Source: an uncultured Candidatus Saccharibacteria bacterium
Lineage (GTDB): Bacteria > Patescibacteriota > Saccharimonadia > Saccharimonadales > JAGQNJ01
NCBI GenBank assembly: GCA_964426845.1
Contig: CAYRSA010000002.1
Span: 98,495 to 162,494 of the forward strand
DNA length: 64,000 nt
Direction of reading: 5' to 3'
This document shows, piece by piece, positions 26,569 through 35,768 of the stretch. The position numbers and the translations under genes were made by a program. Below the pieces are notes generated by a model, which saw nothing but the letters and a program-made list of their open reading frames with translations, searched no databases and was not told where the DNA came from. Within the stretch, counting starts at the first letter, position 1, and every line of letters begins with the position of its first letter.

Positions 26569-27884
26569 AAGTTGGAGTAGTTGGTACTGGCTACGTGGGA
26601 TTAGTCACTGGCACATGCATGGCTGAGATGGGTAATGAAGTCGTTTGCGTCGATATTGACGATGCCAAAGTTGCCGCCATGAAGAATGGTAAGGTGCCGA
26701 TTTATGAACCAGGCCTGGAAGAGATATTCAATCGCAATATCAGCGAAGGTAGGCTAACCTTTACTACGAAATTAAAAGATACCCTATCTTGTGAAGTATT
26801 GTTTCTAGCCTTACCGACTCCACCTGGTAAGGATGGTTCGGCTGACCTTAAATATGTCCTAGGAGTTGCCGAAGACATTGGCAAGAAATTGGAGGGCTAC
26901 ATTGTGGTGGTTGATAAAAGTACTGTGCCTGTAGGTACGGCCAAGAAAGTTTACGATACGATTGCTGCGCAGACATCTAAGAAATTCGATGTAGTATCCA
27001 ACCCTGAATTTTTGCGGGAAGGCCAAGCCGTTACCGACTTTTTAAACCCAGACCGCATAGTGATTGGTAGTTCTTCGTCGACCGCTACTAAAGTCATGCG
27101 CAATTTATACAACCCTTTCGTTCGTGAGAATCCTGAAAAGTTAATAGTAACAGATGAGGCCTCGGCTGAGATGATCAAGTACGCTGCTAATGCGATGTTG
27201 GCCACACGGATAAGCTTCATCAACGAGCTAAGTCGCCTGTGCGAAGTTGTTGGTGCCGATATCGAGATGGTGCGACAAGGCATAGGGAGCGATGACCGTA
27301 TCGGCGCAGCTTTTCTATATCCGGGCCCGGGCTATGGTGGAAGTTGTTTTCCAAAGGACACCCTAGCCTTAGCTCACACGGCCCATAAGCAAGGCCTAAA
27401 TCTTGGAATTGTCCAGGCTACAATAGATGCTAACGAAGCCCAGAAGCAAGTGATTCCTAATAAGATCAAGAAACACTTTGGCAATGACCTTAAGGGTAAG
27501 AAATTTGCACTTTGGGGACTAGCCTTTAAAGACAACACTGATGATATAAGAGAATCACCGGCTTTAATTGTTGTCGAGGAATTACTGGCTGCCGGAGCGT
27601 CAATTACAGCTTTCGATCCAGAGGCCTCGGCTAATGTACGTAAACTCTTAGGCGATCAGAAAAACCTCGAGTATGTTAACGAAAAATACACCTCTCTTGA
27701 TGGCGCCGATGCACTGATAATAGCTACTGAGTGGAAAGAATTTAACGCTGCTGATTTACCACGAGTTAAGAAACTCCTAAAACAACCGTTGATTTTTGAT
27801 GGCCGCAATTTATATGAACTAGAAGAAATGAAGCAGGCTGGTTTTCACTATGAAAGTATTGGACGGAGGACTATAAATGCCTAA
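26565..27884 (+). CDS. ugd: UDP-glucose 6-dehydrogenase
   Basis: [16 protein letters not shown]...GGSCFPKD (catalytic Cys)...GLAFKDNTDDIRESPA. 439 aa. Confidence 0.9.
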   Translation: MKVGVVGTGYVGLVTGTCMAEMGNEVVCVDIDDAKVAAMKNGKVPIYEPGLEEIFNRNISEGRLTFTTKLKDTLSCEVLFLALPTPPGKDGSADLKYVLGVAEDIGKKLEGYIVVVDKSTVPVGTAKKVYDTIAAQTSKKFDVVSNPEFLREGQAVTDFLNPDRIVIGSSSSTATKVMRNLYNPFVRENPEKLIVTDEASAEMIKYAANAMLATRISFINELSRLCEVVGADIEMVRQGIGSDDRIGAAFLYPGPGYGGSCFPKDTLALAHTAHKQGLNLGIVQATIDANEAQKQVIPNKIKKHFGNDLKGKKFALWGLAFKDNTDDIRESPALIVVEELLAAGASITAFDPEASANVRKLLGDQKNLEYVNEKYTSLDGADALIIATEWKEFNAADLPRVKKLLKQPLIFDGRNLYELEEMKQAGFHYESIGRRTINA

Positions 27885-28815
27885 AACAATTCTAATCGCC
27901 GGTGGTGCTGGTTTTCTTGGCTCCCATTTAAGTGATGCCTACTTAGACAAAGGCTATAGGGTGATCGCCATCGATAACTTGTCTACCGGGTCAGTCAAAA
28001 ACATTGCCCACCTAAAAGACAACAAGGCTTTTGAGTTTATTGAACATGATGTATGCAAGCCTCTGCCCGCTTCTGTTACCGATAAATCTATAGATATCAT
28101 AGCCAACCTAGCTTCGCCAGCCAGCCCCCCCCATTATCAAAGATTAGCCGTTGAGACGCTGAACGTCGGCTCGCTGGGTGTGGAGAATCTTTTGAAACTT
28201 GCTCTCAAACATAAGTCTCGTTTCTTTCAGGCATCAACTAGCGAAGTCTACGGAGATCCGGATGTTCATCCACAACCCGAATCTTATAAAGGAAACGTCA
28301 ACTCTTATGGCCCACGCAGTATGTATGATGAGTCCAAACGCTTCGCCGAGGCCATGATTTATTCTTATCGAAAATTACACGGCGTGGACACGGCTATTGT
28401 GCGCATTTTCAATACATATGGACCACGCATGGATGCCGATGATGGCCGTGTTGTCTCTAACTTAATTGTCCAATCGCTAGCGGGTAAGCCACTGACCATT
28501 TATGGCGATGGTACACAAACCCGAAGTTTCTGCTATGTCAGTGATTTGATTGCGGCCTTTATAGCCATGATTGAATCCGGTGAAGAAGGACCAATTAATA
28601 CTGGTAACTCAGGTGAGTTCACTATTTTAGAACTGGCAGAAATTATAAAGGAGCTAACAAATTCACAATCAACGATTGTTTTCGAATCATTGCCCAGCGA
28701 TGACCCCTTGCAGCGAAAACCCGATATCACCCTGGCTAAAAAGAAGCTCGGCTGGCAGCCCAAAGTAGCCTTGCGCGACGGTCTTCGTCCGACAGTTGAA
28801 TACTTTAAGTCGTAA
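27877..28815 (+). CDS. uxs: UDP-glucuronate decarboxylase (UDP-xylose synthase type SDR)
   Basis: ILIAGGAGFLGSHL...QASTSEVYGDP...GPRSMYDESKRFAE...RIFNTYGPRM...RKPDITLAKKKLGWQP. The start overlaps the ugd stop. Confidence 0.8.
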   Translation: MPKTILIAGGAGFLGSHLSDAYLDKGYRVIAIDNLSTGSVKNIAHLKDNKAFEFIEHDVCKPLPASVTDKSIDIIANLASPASPPHYQRLAVETLNVGSLGVENLLKLALKHKSRFFQASTSEVYGDPDVHPQPESYKGNVNSYGPRSMYDESKRFAEAMIYSYRKLHGVDTAIVRIFNTYGPRMDADDGRVVSNLIVQSLAGKPLTIYGDGTQTRSFCYVSDLIAAFIAMIESGEEGPINTGNSGEFTILELAEIIKELTNSQSTIVFESLPSDDPLQRKPDITLAKKKLGWQPKVALRDGLRPTVEYFKS

Positions 28816-28816
28816 C

Positions 28817-30028
28817 TTATATCGGTTTTTTTGTTTGGGTAGTCTTGCTGGCGGCAAGCTGCAGGGTTTTTTGGAGCTGCTTGTCAAAGAAAGCCACCGC
28901 CAGAATAACCAAGCCCGGCCAAAACATTTTGAAGTAGTGGAGAACACCGTATTTGAGCGAATACGGAGTGCTGGCTCGAAATGACAAGTAGAACAAATAA
29001 GAAACTACCGTGGCAGCAATAAACGTCCCAAAAAACCATCGATTCTTTGGCTTTTTCAAGATTATAAACGCTCCAGGGATGGCTGCTAGAATCCAAAACA
29101 TTGTGATAAGCAAACCACGATCATTATCTTCCTCGCCAGCCAACCGCGGGCTGACAAACATGCCTAGGGTTGCGCTGGGCACGTTGCTTAGTTTATAGGC
29201 TGAAAGCTGTTGATCGCTTCCGTCATTTTCGCCCAAACCTAAGTGATTAACGTATGGTGTTCTTAGCGGTGATCCGAAAAATTTATAGTGCGAGTACAAA
29301 ACTGGCAATACCCACAGCGCTGCACCGATAGCAGCAAACAATCCTAGTTTTAACAACCTTTTGAAAGACCCTCGGTACATACTGGCAGCAGCCAGAGGCA
29401 ATAACCAAACAATATCCACGTACCGAGCGGCAAAGACCCAGCCAACCATGAAGCCGGCCAGCACTGCTATCTTTTTACCAGGAACCTTTGAAGTGGCAAT
29501 TAACAATATGGTCGAAATGGCTACCAAGCAAACTGTACTGTTCCATGGTTGGGCTGTATATGCAATAAGTGGTGTGGCGAATGTTAAGCCGAACCCGGCC
29601 AGTAATCCGGCAAAGGGTGACACGAAGTGTTTGGCGGCTTTATAGGTCGCAAAGATAGCGAATATGAAAGTAAAGAAGTTAAAGAAGACGAAAGGATCTT
29701 TGGTAAAGCCAAGCCATAAGGACGGAACGGCAACAACCGGGTATCCAAGGCCGTAGGAATAGGTGGCTTGTAGGCCGCCGTAGTCAAAAGTTGCCAGAGC
29801 TTTGGCCATACCAAGATATTGGCTCTGGTCGTAGTAGCCCCACCACCCTAAGGGATATTTCGCATAGTCCTCAAAGCCGAAGAAGGAGAATACGTTCGCT
29901 GGCCTGGTTGGGTCGGTCAGGTAGAATAAACAAAAAAACGCACCGGCAAACAATAACAAGGCCACAAGCGCTGGGTTATTGTGGATGTAATCCCTAATCC
30001 ACAAAAGACTACTTTTTATTTGGTGCAT
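28817..30028 (-). CDS. Polytopic membrane protein, putative glycan polymerase/GT-C-like
   Basis: 403 aa, almost entirely TM helices, in a glycan-locus context. No diagnostic motif was recognised. Confidence 0.45.
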   Translation of the reverse strand: MHQIKSSLLWIRDYIHNNPALVALLLFAGAFFCLFYLTDPTRPANVFSFFGFEDYAKYPLGWWGYYDQSQYLGMAKALATFDYGGLQATYSYGLGYPVVAVPSLWLGFTKDPFVFFNFFTFIFAIFATYKAAKHFVSPFAGLLAGFGLTFATPLIAYTAQPWNSTVCLVAISTILLIATSKVPGKKIAVLAGFMVGWVFAARYVDIVWLLPLAAASMYRGSFKRLLKLGLFAAIGAALWVLPVLYSHYKFFGSPLRTPYVNHLGLGENDGSDQQLSAYKLSNVPSATLGMFVSPRLAGEEDNDRGLLITMFWILAAIPGAFIILKKPKNRWFFGTFIAATVVSYLFYLSFRASTPYSLKYGVLHYFKMFWPGLVILAVAFFDKQLQKTLQLAASKTTQTKKPI

Positions 30029-30076
30029 CCGTCTAATAGTAATGAAAGGCCTTTCATTCTACAAGCTAGACCCTTA

Positions 30077-31510
30077 TTAGCATCCGTCTTTCCTTATAAC
30101 AGATTTAGTGAGTTTTTTACTCTCTGTCCAACCGTATGCGAATATGGCTATAACTAAAAGGCTATATAAACATGCTTTAATCCAGTCTTGTGGGCCTACT
30201 AGTGTGGTTTGGTTAGAAAATAGCGGGAGCATCCTATCAAACGCTACTCCTGTATGTGCTTGTAGCTGTGCGAATAAAGCCGGTCTGGTAATATACTGTC
30301 CGCCATCAATATAGGGAAATCGCATTAAGGTTGCGTCAAGAGAGACTAGAAAGGTAATCGCTGCCAGCCCCCCAACAAAGATCTTTTGCCAAACTTTTGT
30401 AAAAGCAACTAGCCCAAAAGCTATGGCAGGGACTAGTGCTGGCAGGAACTCAATGAGATAGCGACCGGTTGGCGAGGCACTACCATTCCAATTGGGAATA
30501 AATGCTAGGGTCGCTGCAAGTGGACCAACAACTAACAGTGTTTCTAATAACGAGCTGCGATGTAGCCTATACCAAATTGGCAGACCAAAAATAATCAACA
30601 GAGTGATTGGGTTATAAATAAAAAGACCCCTGTTGGCATCAAAAAGCATTGCCGTAACATTGTGAACTGGGCTTGCATTAAACGGCTGGCCATCTTGAAT
30701 AGACGATAGGTTCCATGCACCAAACCACTGGTTTAGAGTGAAGAAGTAATAGGCCACGAAAAGTCCAACAATAATAATGGGCGCCCATGGTATCTTTCGT
30801 TCTTTCTTCCATACTTTATAAACAAGGATCGCAAGAGCAGGGCTTATGATGATTAATGACTTGAAGTGAACAATAAAGAGCACTCCAAGCAGGAGACCTA
30901 GTAATACTTGGTATTTAGGTTGTGGATAAAATCCATCTAGCAATATTAATACAGCAACAACTATAGCCGATATAAGCATGTCCGGGTAAATGATGCCCAC
31001 CAAGGCATTAAAAAAATAACATATGACCAATGCAGCGGCTGCCAAATATGCAACTTTTCTATTGCCCGTTAGTTGTTTTGTTCTAAGCCATGTCAAATAA
31101 ACTACCGTAACGGCAAGCAAGACCATCATAAAAACAGCACCGGTTTTTTTGGCGACCATGTATCCGGGAGCAATAAATACTGGTAGCCCAGTGCCAGCAG
31201 ATGAGTAACCCTTTTCAACATATTTCTGGGCCACATTCGTAACACCTTGTGGTTCAAGATTTGGGTTATCATAGAATGGTAGGAAATCTTTATTCCTATA
31301 GTTGTTAGCCAAACTCAAGTCTCCGTCATTAACAAGGCTATGGGCTCGGATTAGATAGTGTGGCTCATCGCCTGTGCTTCCATGATTAGATTGTAGGCGC
31401 ACTGCCAGCAAAACTAAAAAACAGATAAATAACATCGTGAATTTGAACCAACGGCTAGTTGTATTGATAATTACAAGATTGCCATCGTCCTTTACTTTGC
31501 CTGTTTTCAT
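30077..31510 (-). CDS. Polytopic GT-C-like glycosyltransferase (ArnT/PMT-like)
   Basis: The first loop reads HGSTGDEPHYLIRAHSL (a DE-containing GT-C loop), followed by more than 10 TM segments. The start is moved to MKTGKVK (31510). Confidence 0.55.
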   Translation of the reverse strand: MKTGKVKDDGNLVIINTTSRWFKFTMLFICFLVLLAVRLQSNHGSTGDEPHYLIRAHSLVNDGDLSLANNYRNKDFLPFYDNPNLEPQGVTNVAQKYVEKGYSSAGTGLPVFIAPGYMVAKKTGAVFMMVLLAVTVVYLTWLRTKQLTGNRKVAYLAAAALVICYFFNALVGIIYPDMLISAIVVAVLILLDGFYPQPKYQVLLGLLLGVLFIVHFKSLIIISPALAILVYKVWKKERKIPWAPIIIVGLFVAYYFFTLNQWFGAWNLSSIQDGQPFNASPVHNVTAMLFDANRGLFIYNPITLLIIFGLPIWYRLHRSSLLETLLVVGPLAATLAFIPNWNGSASPTGRYLIEFLPALVPAIAFGLVAFTKVWQKIFVGGLAAITFLVSLDATLMRFPYIDGGQYITRPALFAQLQAHTGVAFDRMLPLFSNQTTLVGPQDWIKACLYSLLVIAIFAYGWTESKKLTKSVIRKDGC

Positions 31511-31639
31511 GCAATCTGAGTATACACCAGGCAGTATTAAGCCAATAGGAAACTGCTCCCTTGCCCTAATTAATACATGCCACCCCTTGAAAAATCTCTG
31601 ATTTTTGCTATTATAAACAAGCAAGGATTGAAAATAAAC

Positions 31640-32185
31640 ATGGTTAGAATTAAGAAGTCGTTTTTACGAAATAAGAAGCTCATCATCCCCGCAGCAGTTA
31701 CTGTGCTTATTATGGGTAGCTATATTTTCTATCTAAAGGCCCTTAAAACACCTGAGGTCACGTCTACACCATCCACCTCTCCGGCCGAAGATCAGCGAGC
31801 CGCTGAAGAGGGCGTATCACAGAAAAATGCTGGTTCTACCCAATCAACTTCTGAAAGTGATAAACAAAACAACGCAGTAGTCACGTCTGGGAGTGTTGCT
31901 GCTCCTCAGGGCAATTTTGTGAGTAATCACCGAGTTGGCTCATTCGATTCTATTGAGTCTATATGTACTACCACAAGAGAGGCTACTTGTAATATAAGCT
32001 TTACTTTAGGCAACACAACAAAATCGCTGGGCCAAAAGACGGTCAATCAGGACGGTACGGCTTCTTGGGTGTGGACTCCCTCGTCAATTGGCTTGTCAGT
32101 TGGTTCGTGGCAGATTAACGCTACTGCTATACTAGGGAGTGCACAGAGTTCATCAAAAGACCCACGAAACTTGGAGGTTCTCTAA
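31640..32185 (+). CDS. Membrane-anchored secreted protein with Ser/Thr-rich linker and small beta-sandwich-like domain
   Basis: MVRIKKSFLRNKKLIIPAAVTVLIMGSYIFY anchor, then an S/T/Q-rich linker and a Cys pair. There is a TAATG overlap with the downstream lectin-like gene at 32183-32187. Confidence 0.55.
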   Translation: MVRIKKSFLRNKKLIIPAAVTVLIMGSYIFYLKALKTPEVTSTPSTSPAEDQRAAEEGVSQKNAGSTQSTSESDKQNNAVVTSGSVAAPQGNFVSNHRVGSFDSIESICTTTREATCNISFTLGNTTKSLGQKTVNQDGTASWVWTPSSIGLSVGSWQINATAILGSAQSSSKDPRNLEVL

Positions 32186-33933
32186 TGAGAAAACTCTTAT
32201 TAATTGGCTTGCTGGTACCACTCTTCGGTATTATTTTGCCTTTCCTTACTCCAGCAACTGCTTCGGCCGCTTTTAATCAGAACAATATTATGTCTGATGG
32301 TATCTTTAATGCATCTGGTTCTATGAGTAGTGTCCAAATTGATGCCTTCCTAAATTCCTTCCCCTCAAGCTGTATCAGCCAAAACAGGGGTTTCGTGAGC
32401 CCGAACGTGGTTGGCTATAACCCTTCCGAAGGATTCTTATACGGTGACAACGTTTCCGCAGGTACCGTAATTGCTAGCGCTTCGGCAGCTTACGATTTAA
32501 ACCCACGAGTTCTGTTAGCCACCTTGCAAAAAGAGCAAAGTCTGGTCACTGGAACAGCTGGCTGTCATTATGACACTCCGCCGATCCAAAATCCCTGCCC
32601 CGATCCGCCATACGGCACCACCAGTACTTGTGTAACTGCCTGTCAACACGCAGGGGGTTGTGTGTACATCGCAATGGGTTATGACTGCCCTTACTACTGT
32701 GTTCCGAACTCAACTGGATTCAGCAAGCAAATCATTAAATCTGCTTGGAAACTAAAGTTTGTACAACAACGTTCTCTAGGTAACTATAACTGGAATGTAC
32801 AGAAGCCTGGCTGGGATAACTCAGATGATCCACTAACAAACTATGATGGCTATATGACTCAGGGCACATTAAAGCGCAATGCTTCAAGCTCCCCCGTAAG
32901 CTATGACGGCTACCGCCCAGTGAACAGCGGGGCATTATCCGTGCATCTTGATTCTGGGGCAACAGCATCGCTATATTCATTTACTCCGTTCACAAGTGGT
33001 AATACAAACTTTGTTAGTATCTATGAGGGATGGTTCGGGTCAACTAATGGTCCGACTAAAATCTTAGATAACCCCTCTGCAGTAAGTTGGGGCGATGGGC
33101 GCATCGATGTTTTTGCCCGAGGTACCGACAATGGCATATATCAGAAATGGTACGATGCTGGAGCAGGTGGCTGGCAATCGTGGTCAAAGATTGATGGAAC
33201 ATTAGAATCAGCACCGTCAGTCGCATCTTGGGGAACTGGACGACTTGATATATTTAGTAAAACTGCAAGTGGAGAACTCCAGCATCTTTGGTATGGCGGG
33301 GGCACTTGGGGATCATGGGATAATCTCGGCAAACCATCCTCAAGCGTAGGACTAGCCTCAGCACCTGGTGCAGTCAGCTGGGGTGATGGGCGCATAGATG
33401 TGTTTGCGCGGGGTACAGATGGGGAGTTATGGCAAAAATGGTATGACACTACTGCTGGTGGATGGCAACCTTGGGGTAAAATTGGTGGCGTTTTAAACTC
33501 AGCTCCATCGGTTGCTTCCTGGGCTCCAGGAAGACTTGACTTATTCTCGACAGGGCCAGCAGGCGATTTACAACATCACTGGTTTGACGCAAATAATGGG
33601 GGTTGGAAGTCATGGGAGTCACTGGGCAAGGCTTCAAATGGTGGCGAGCTCACATCGGGACCTGGCGCGATTAGTTGGGGCGACGGACGCATAGATGTGT
33701 TCGCTCGCGGAAGCGACGGTGTTTTATGGCAGAGATGGTTCTCGGCAAATCATGGAGGTTGGCAACCTTGGGTACGTTTCGGAGGTGTTATAAACTCAAC
33801 ACCAAGTGTTAGTTCTTGGGCTCCAGGAAGGCTAGATGAGTTCTCGACAGGGCCTGCGGGCGACCTCCAACACTATTGGTTTGGGACAAATGGCTGGGGC
33901 TACTGGGAGTCATTCGGCTATCCTAGAGATTAG
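32185..33933 (+). CDS. Secreted protein: Cys-rich lysozyme/glucosaminidase-like N-domain + six-bladed beta-propeller lectin-like C-domain (PLL/tectonin/DUF346-like repeats)
   Basis: Signal peptide MRKLLLIGLLVPLFGIILPFLTPATASA. The N-domain contains YDLNPRVLLATLQKEQSLV. The C-terminal half has six repeats of about 49 aa with the pattern SxPxxxSWGxGR(I/L)DxFxxGxxGxLxxxW(Y/F)xxxxGGWxxW. Confidence 0.7.
   Translation: MRKLLLIGLLVPLFGIILPFLTPATASAAFNQNNIMSDGIFNASGSMSSVQIDAFLNSFPSSCISQNRGFVSPNVVGYNPSEGFLYGDNVSAGTVIASASAAYDLNPRVLLATLQKEQSLVTGTAGCHYDTPPIQNPCPDPPYGTTSTCVTACQHAGGCVYIAMGYDCPYYCVPNSTGFSKQIIKSAWKLKFVQQRSLGNYNWNVQKPGWDNSDDPLTNYDGYMTQGTLKRNASSSPVSYDGYRPVNSGALSVHLDSGATASLYSFTPFTSGNTNFVSIYEGWFGSTNGPTKILDNPSAVSWGDGRIDVFARGTDNGIYQKWYDAGAGGWQSWSKIDGTLESAPSVASWGTGRLDIFSKTASGELQHLWYGGGTWGSWDNLGKPSSSVGLASAPGAVSWGDGRIDVFARGTDGELWQKWYDTTAGGWQPWGKIGGVLNSAPSVASWAPGRLDLFSTGPAGDLQHHWFDANNGGWKSWESLGKASNGGELTSGPGAISWGDGRIDVFARGSDGVLWQRWFSANHGGWQPWVRFGGVINSTPSVSSWAPGRLDEFSTGPAGDLQHYWFGTNGWGYWESFGYPRD
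33070..33930 (+). repeat. Three tandem ~291-297-nt units (two propeller blades each) inside the lectin-like gene
   Basis: Near-identical DNA cores occur at 33085 (agttggggcgatgggcgcatcgatgt), 33376 (agctggggtgatgggcgcatagatgt) and 33673 (agttggggcgacggacgcatagatgt). Confidence 0.8.
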
Positions 33934-33956
33934 TCTTACGCTTAAATCTTGTACAT

Positions 33957-33965
33957 GTGTATAAT
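33957..33965 (+). promoter_or_regulatory. Extended -10 promoter candidate (TGTGTATAAT region) 11 nt upstream of the ATG at 33977
   Basis: TATAAT lies at 33960-33965 and is preceded by TGTG. There is no Shine-Dalgarno site between it and the ATG. Confidence 0.35.
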
Positions 33966-33976
33966 CAATATCTGAA

Positions 33977-35671
33977 ATGAATGTGAGTACCAAAGTAGCT
34001 GCTGGATTGCTGAGAAAACTTGGCTGGTTCCTTTTGCTATCCCTACCGATATTTCTATTTCTTTGGCCATTTTTGGTCCGCGATAACGCAATCCTTGTAG
34101 GCGACTGGGATTATTTTGCACAACTCTACGAAGCTGCGCGCAAAAGTATAGTAGAGTACAATCAGTTTCCTTGGTTCAATCCATGGATTGGCGGAGGCGT
34201 CCCATTATATGCAAATCCCCAGTTCGGGCTAGTTTCCCTCCAGATGCCCTTGATTATTCTATTCGGAACACTCACCGGTTTGCGACTGGCTGTTTTGGCG
34301 TATTTTCTTGTAGGATTCTGGGGAATGAGATCTTTACTATTAAGACTTGGTTCTGACAGGCTCTATGCAATTCTGCTTTCATTCATATGGACTTTTAGTA
34401 GTTTCCCGGTCTGGAGGATAGCTGGAGGTCATTTCACCTTCTCAACTTATTTCCTGGCGCCGTGGTTCTTCTTGTTGTTGCTAAATGTTAGATTGAGATT
34501 GGGCTGGCTATGGCTTGGTCTATTCTCAGCATTCTTGCTCAACCAGAGCTTGCACTACTTAACCATTCATATATTAATGATAGCTTTGGCTCTAGTCTTA
34601 TATCAGTTTTTCTTTATGCGCAAGAAGTATAGCCTGTCTATTTACCAGTTCATCAGTCCGTATATCTGGGCTGTACTTGTTACTGTGCCATTAATTGCGC
34701 ACAAATTATTTTTCACCCTTCAATACCTACATGATTTCCCAAGGACCCCACCGTTCCAGGGAGGAGTTCCAATTAATGTCCTGTCTGCTGGCTTGACCTT
34801 CAGAGGCACCAAAATATTCAACCCTGTGGAATTCTATAAGGGAGGGCTTGGGTGGTCAGAGTACGCAGCCTACTTTGGTCTAATATCGTTGATACTTCTG
34901 TCCTATGTGCTCGTTAAAAACTTGGAAAAGATTAGTAAAATACCTAAAAGTACAGTTTTACTTGTCGGGGGCTTACTCCTTGTCTTTCTAATTGCGCTTG
35001 GTGATTTTGGCCCTCTAAGCCCGTACGGCATTATGAAGGATCTGCCCATATTCAATCAGATGCAGGTACCCTCTCGTTGGCTTGGTTGGTTCGTTTTTGG
35101 AGCAATCGTTATGCTCTCTAAACTACCGAGAAAGGCTATATTTGTTTTTCTGCTTGCGTTCAGTGTTTTAGATGTTTTCCAGTCAAGCTTTCATACAATT
35201 AATTACGATCACGGTAAGTACATACCCCCTACGAAAGTAAATAGTAGTTTTACCCAGCAGTCCTTCTATAAAAACACTCCAGATTTTTCCATTAATTCCC
35301 TGCGACTTCTGCATGCAACTCAGGCCAATATCGGTGACATATATGGCTATGAGCCACTTGTTGGTTTTGCGGGTGATATAAACTATGGATACTCAGGTCT
35401 GACTAACCGTTGTGATGGTGCTACTCCAGATTGCAACTTTGTCCTCTCAAATAATGCCAAAGTTCTATATTGGTCGCCTAACTATATAAGGCTCCTGAGG
35501 ACTTCTGGCGGTGATATAGTGCTAAATATCAACCCTGGGAGCTACTGGAGAGCCAACGGAGTACGTTTATTTAGTTCCTCTGATGTGGTTTCCTTAAAGC
35601 AAGATTTTGTTGTTAAGGACGAGAGTAGTGATATCGCCTTGAATATTGACCCCTCACTGCTTTTTCAATAA
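33977..35671 (+). CDS. Large polytopic membrane protein, putative GT-C/YfhO-like glycosyltransferase
   Basis: 564 aa with about 12 TM segments and a C-terminal soluble domain of about 150 aa. The call rests on context and architecture only. Confidence 0.45.
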   Translation: MNVSTKVAAGLLRKLGWFLLLSLPIFLFLWPFLVRDNAILVGDWDYFAQLYEAARKSIVEYNQFPWFNPWIGGGVPLYANPQFGLVSLQMPLIILFGTLTGLRLAVLAYFLVGFWGMRSLLLRLGSDRLYAILLSFIWTFSSFPVWRIAGGHFTFSTYFLAPWFFLLLLNVRLRLGWLWLGLFSAFLLNQSLHYLTIHILMIALALVLYQFFFMRKKYSLSIYQFISPYIWAVLVTVPLIAHKLFFTLQYLHDFPRTPPFQGGVPINVLSAGLTFRGTKIFNPVEFYKGGLGWSEYAAYFGLISLILLSYVLVKNLEKISKIPKSTVLLVGGLLLVFLIALGDFGPLSPYGIMKDLPIFNQMQVPSRWLGWFVFGAIVMLSKLPRKAIFVFLLAFSVLDVFQSSFHTINYDHGKYIPPTKVNSSFTQQSFYKNTPDFSINSLRLLHATQANIGDIYGYEPLVGFAGDINYGYSGLTNRCDGATPDCNFVLSNNAKVLYWSPNYIRLLRTSGGDIVLNINPGSYWRANGVRLFSSSDVVSLKQDFVVKDESSDIALNIDPSLLFQ

Positions 35672-35768
35672 AGTCTTGGGTAGAAACTGGCAATTTTTAT
35701 GAACTATATATTTAATAGAACAGCCTTTATTGGTAAGTCGTACTCCAAGCTGCAAGTATTTTGCTAGA

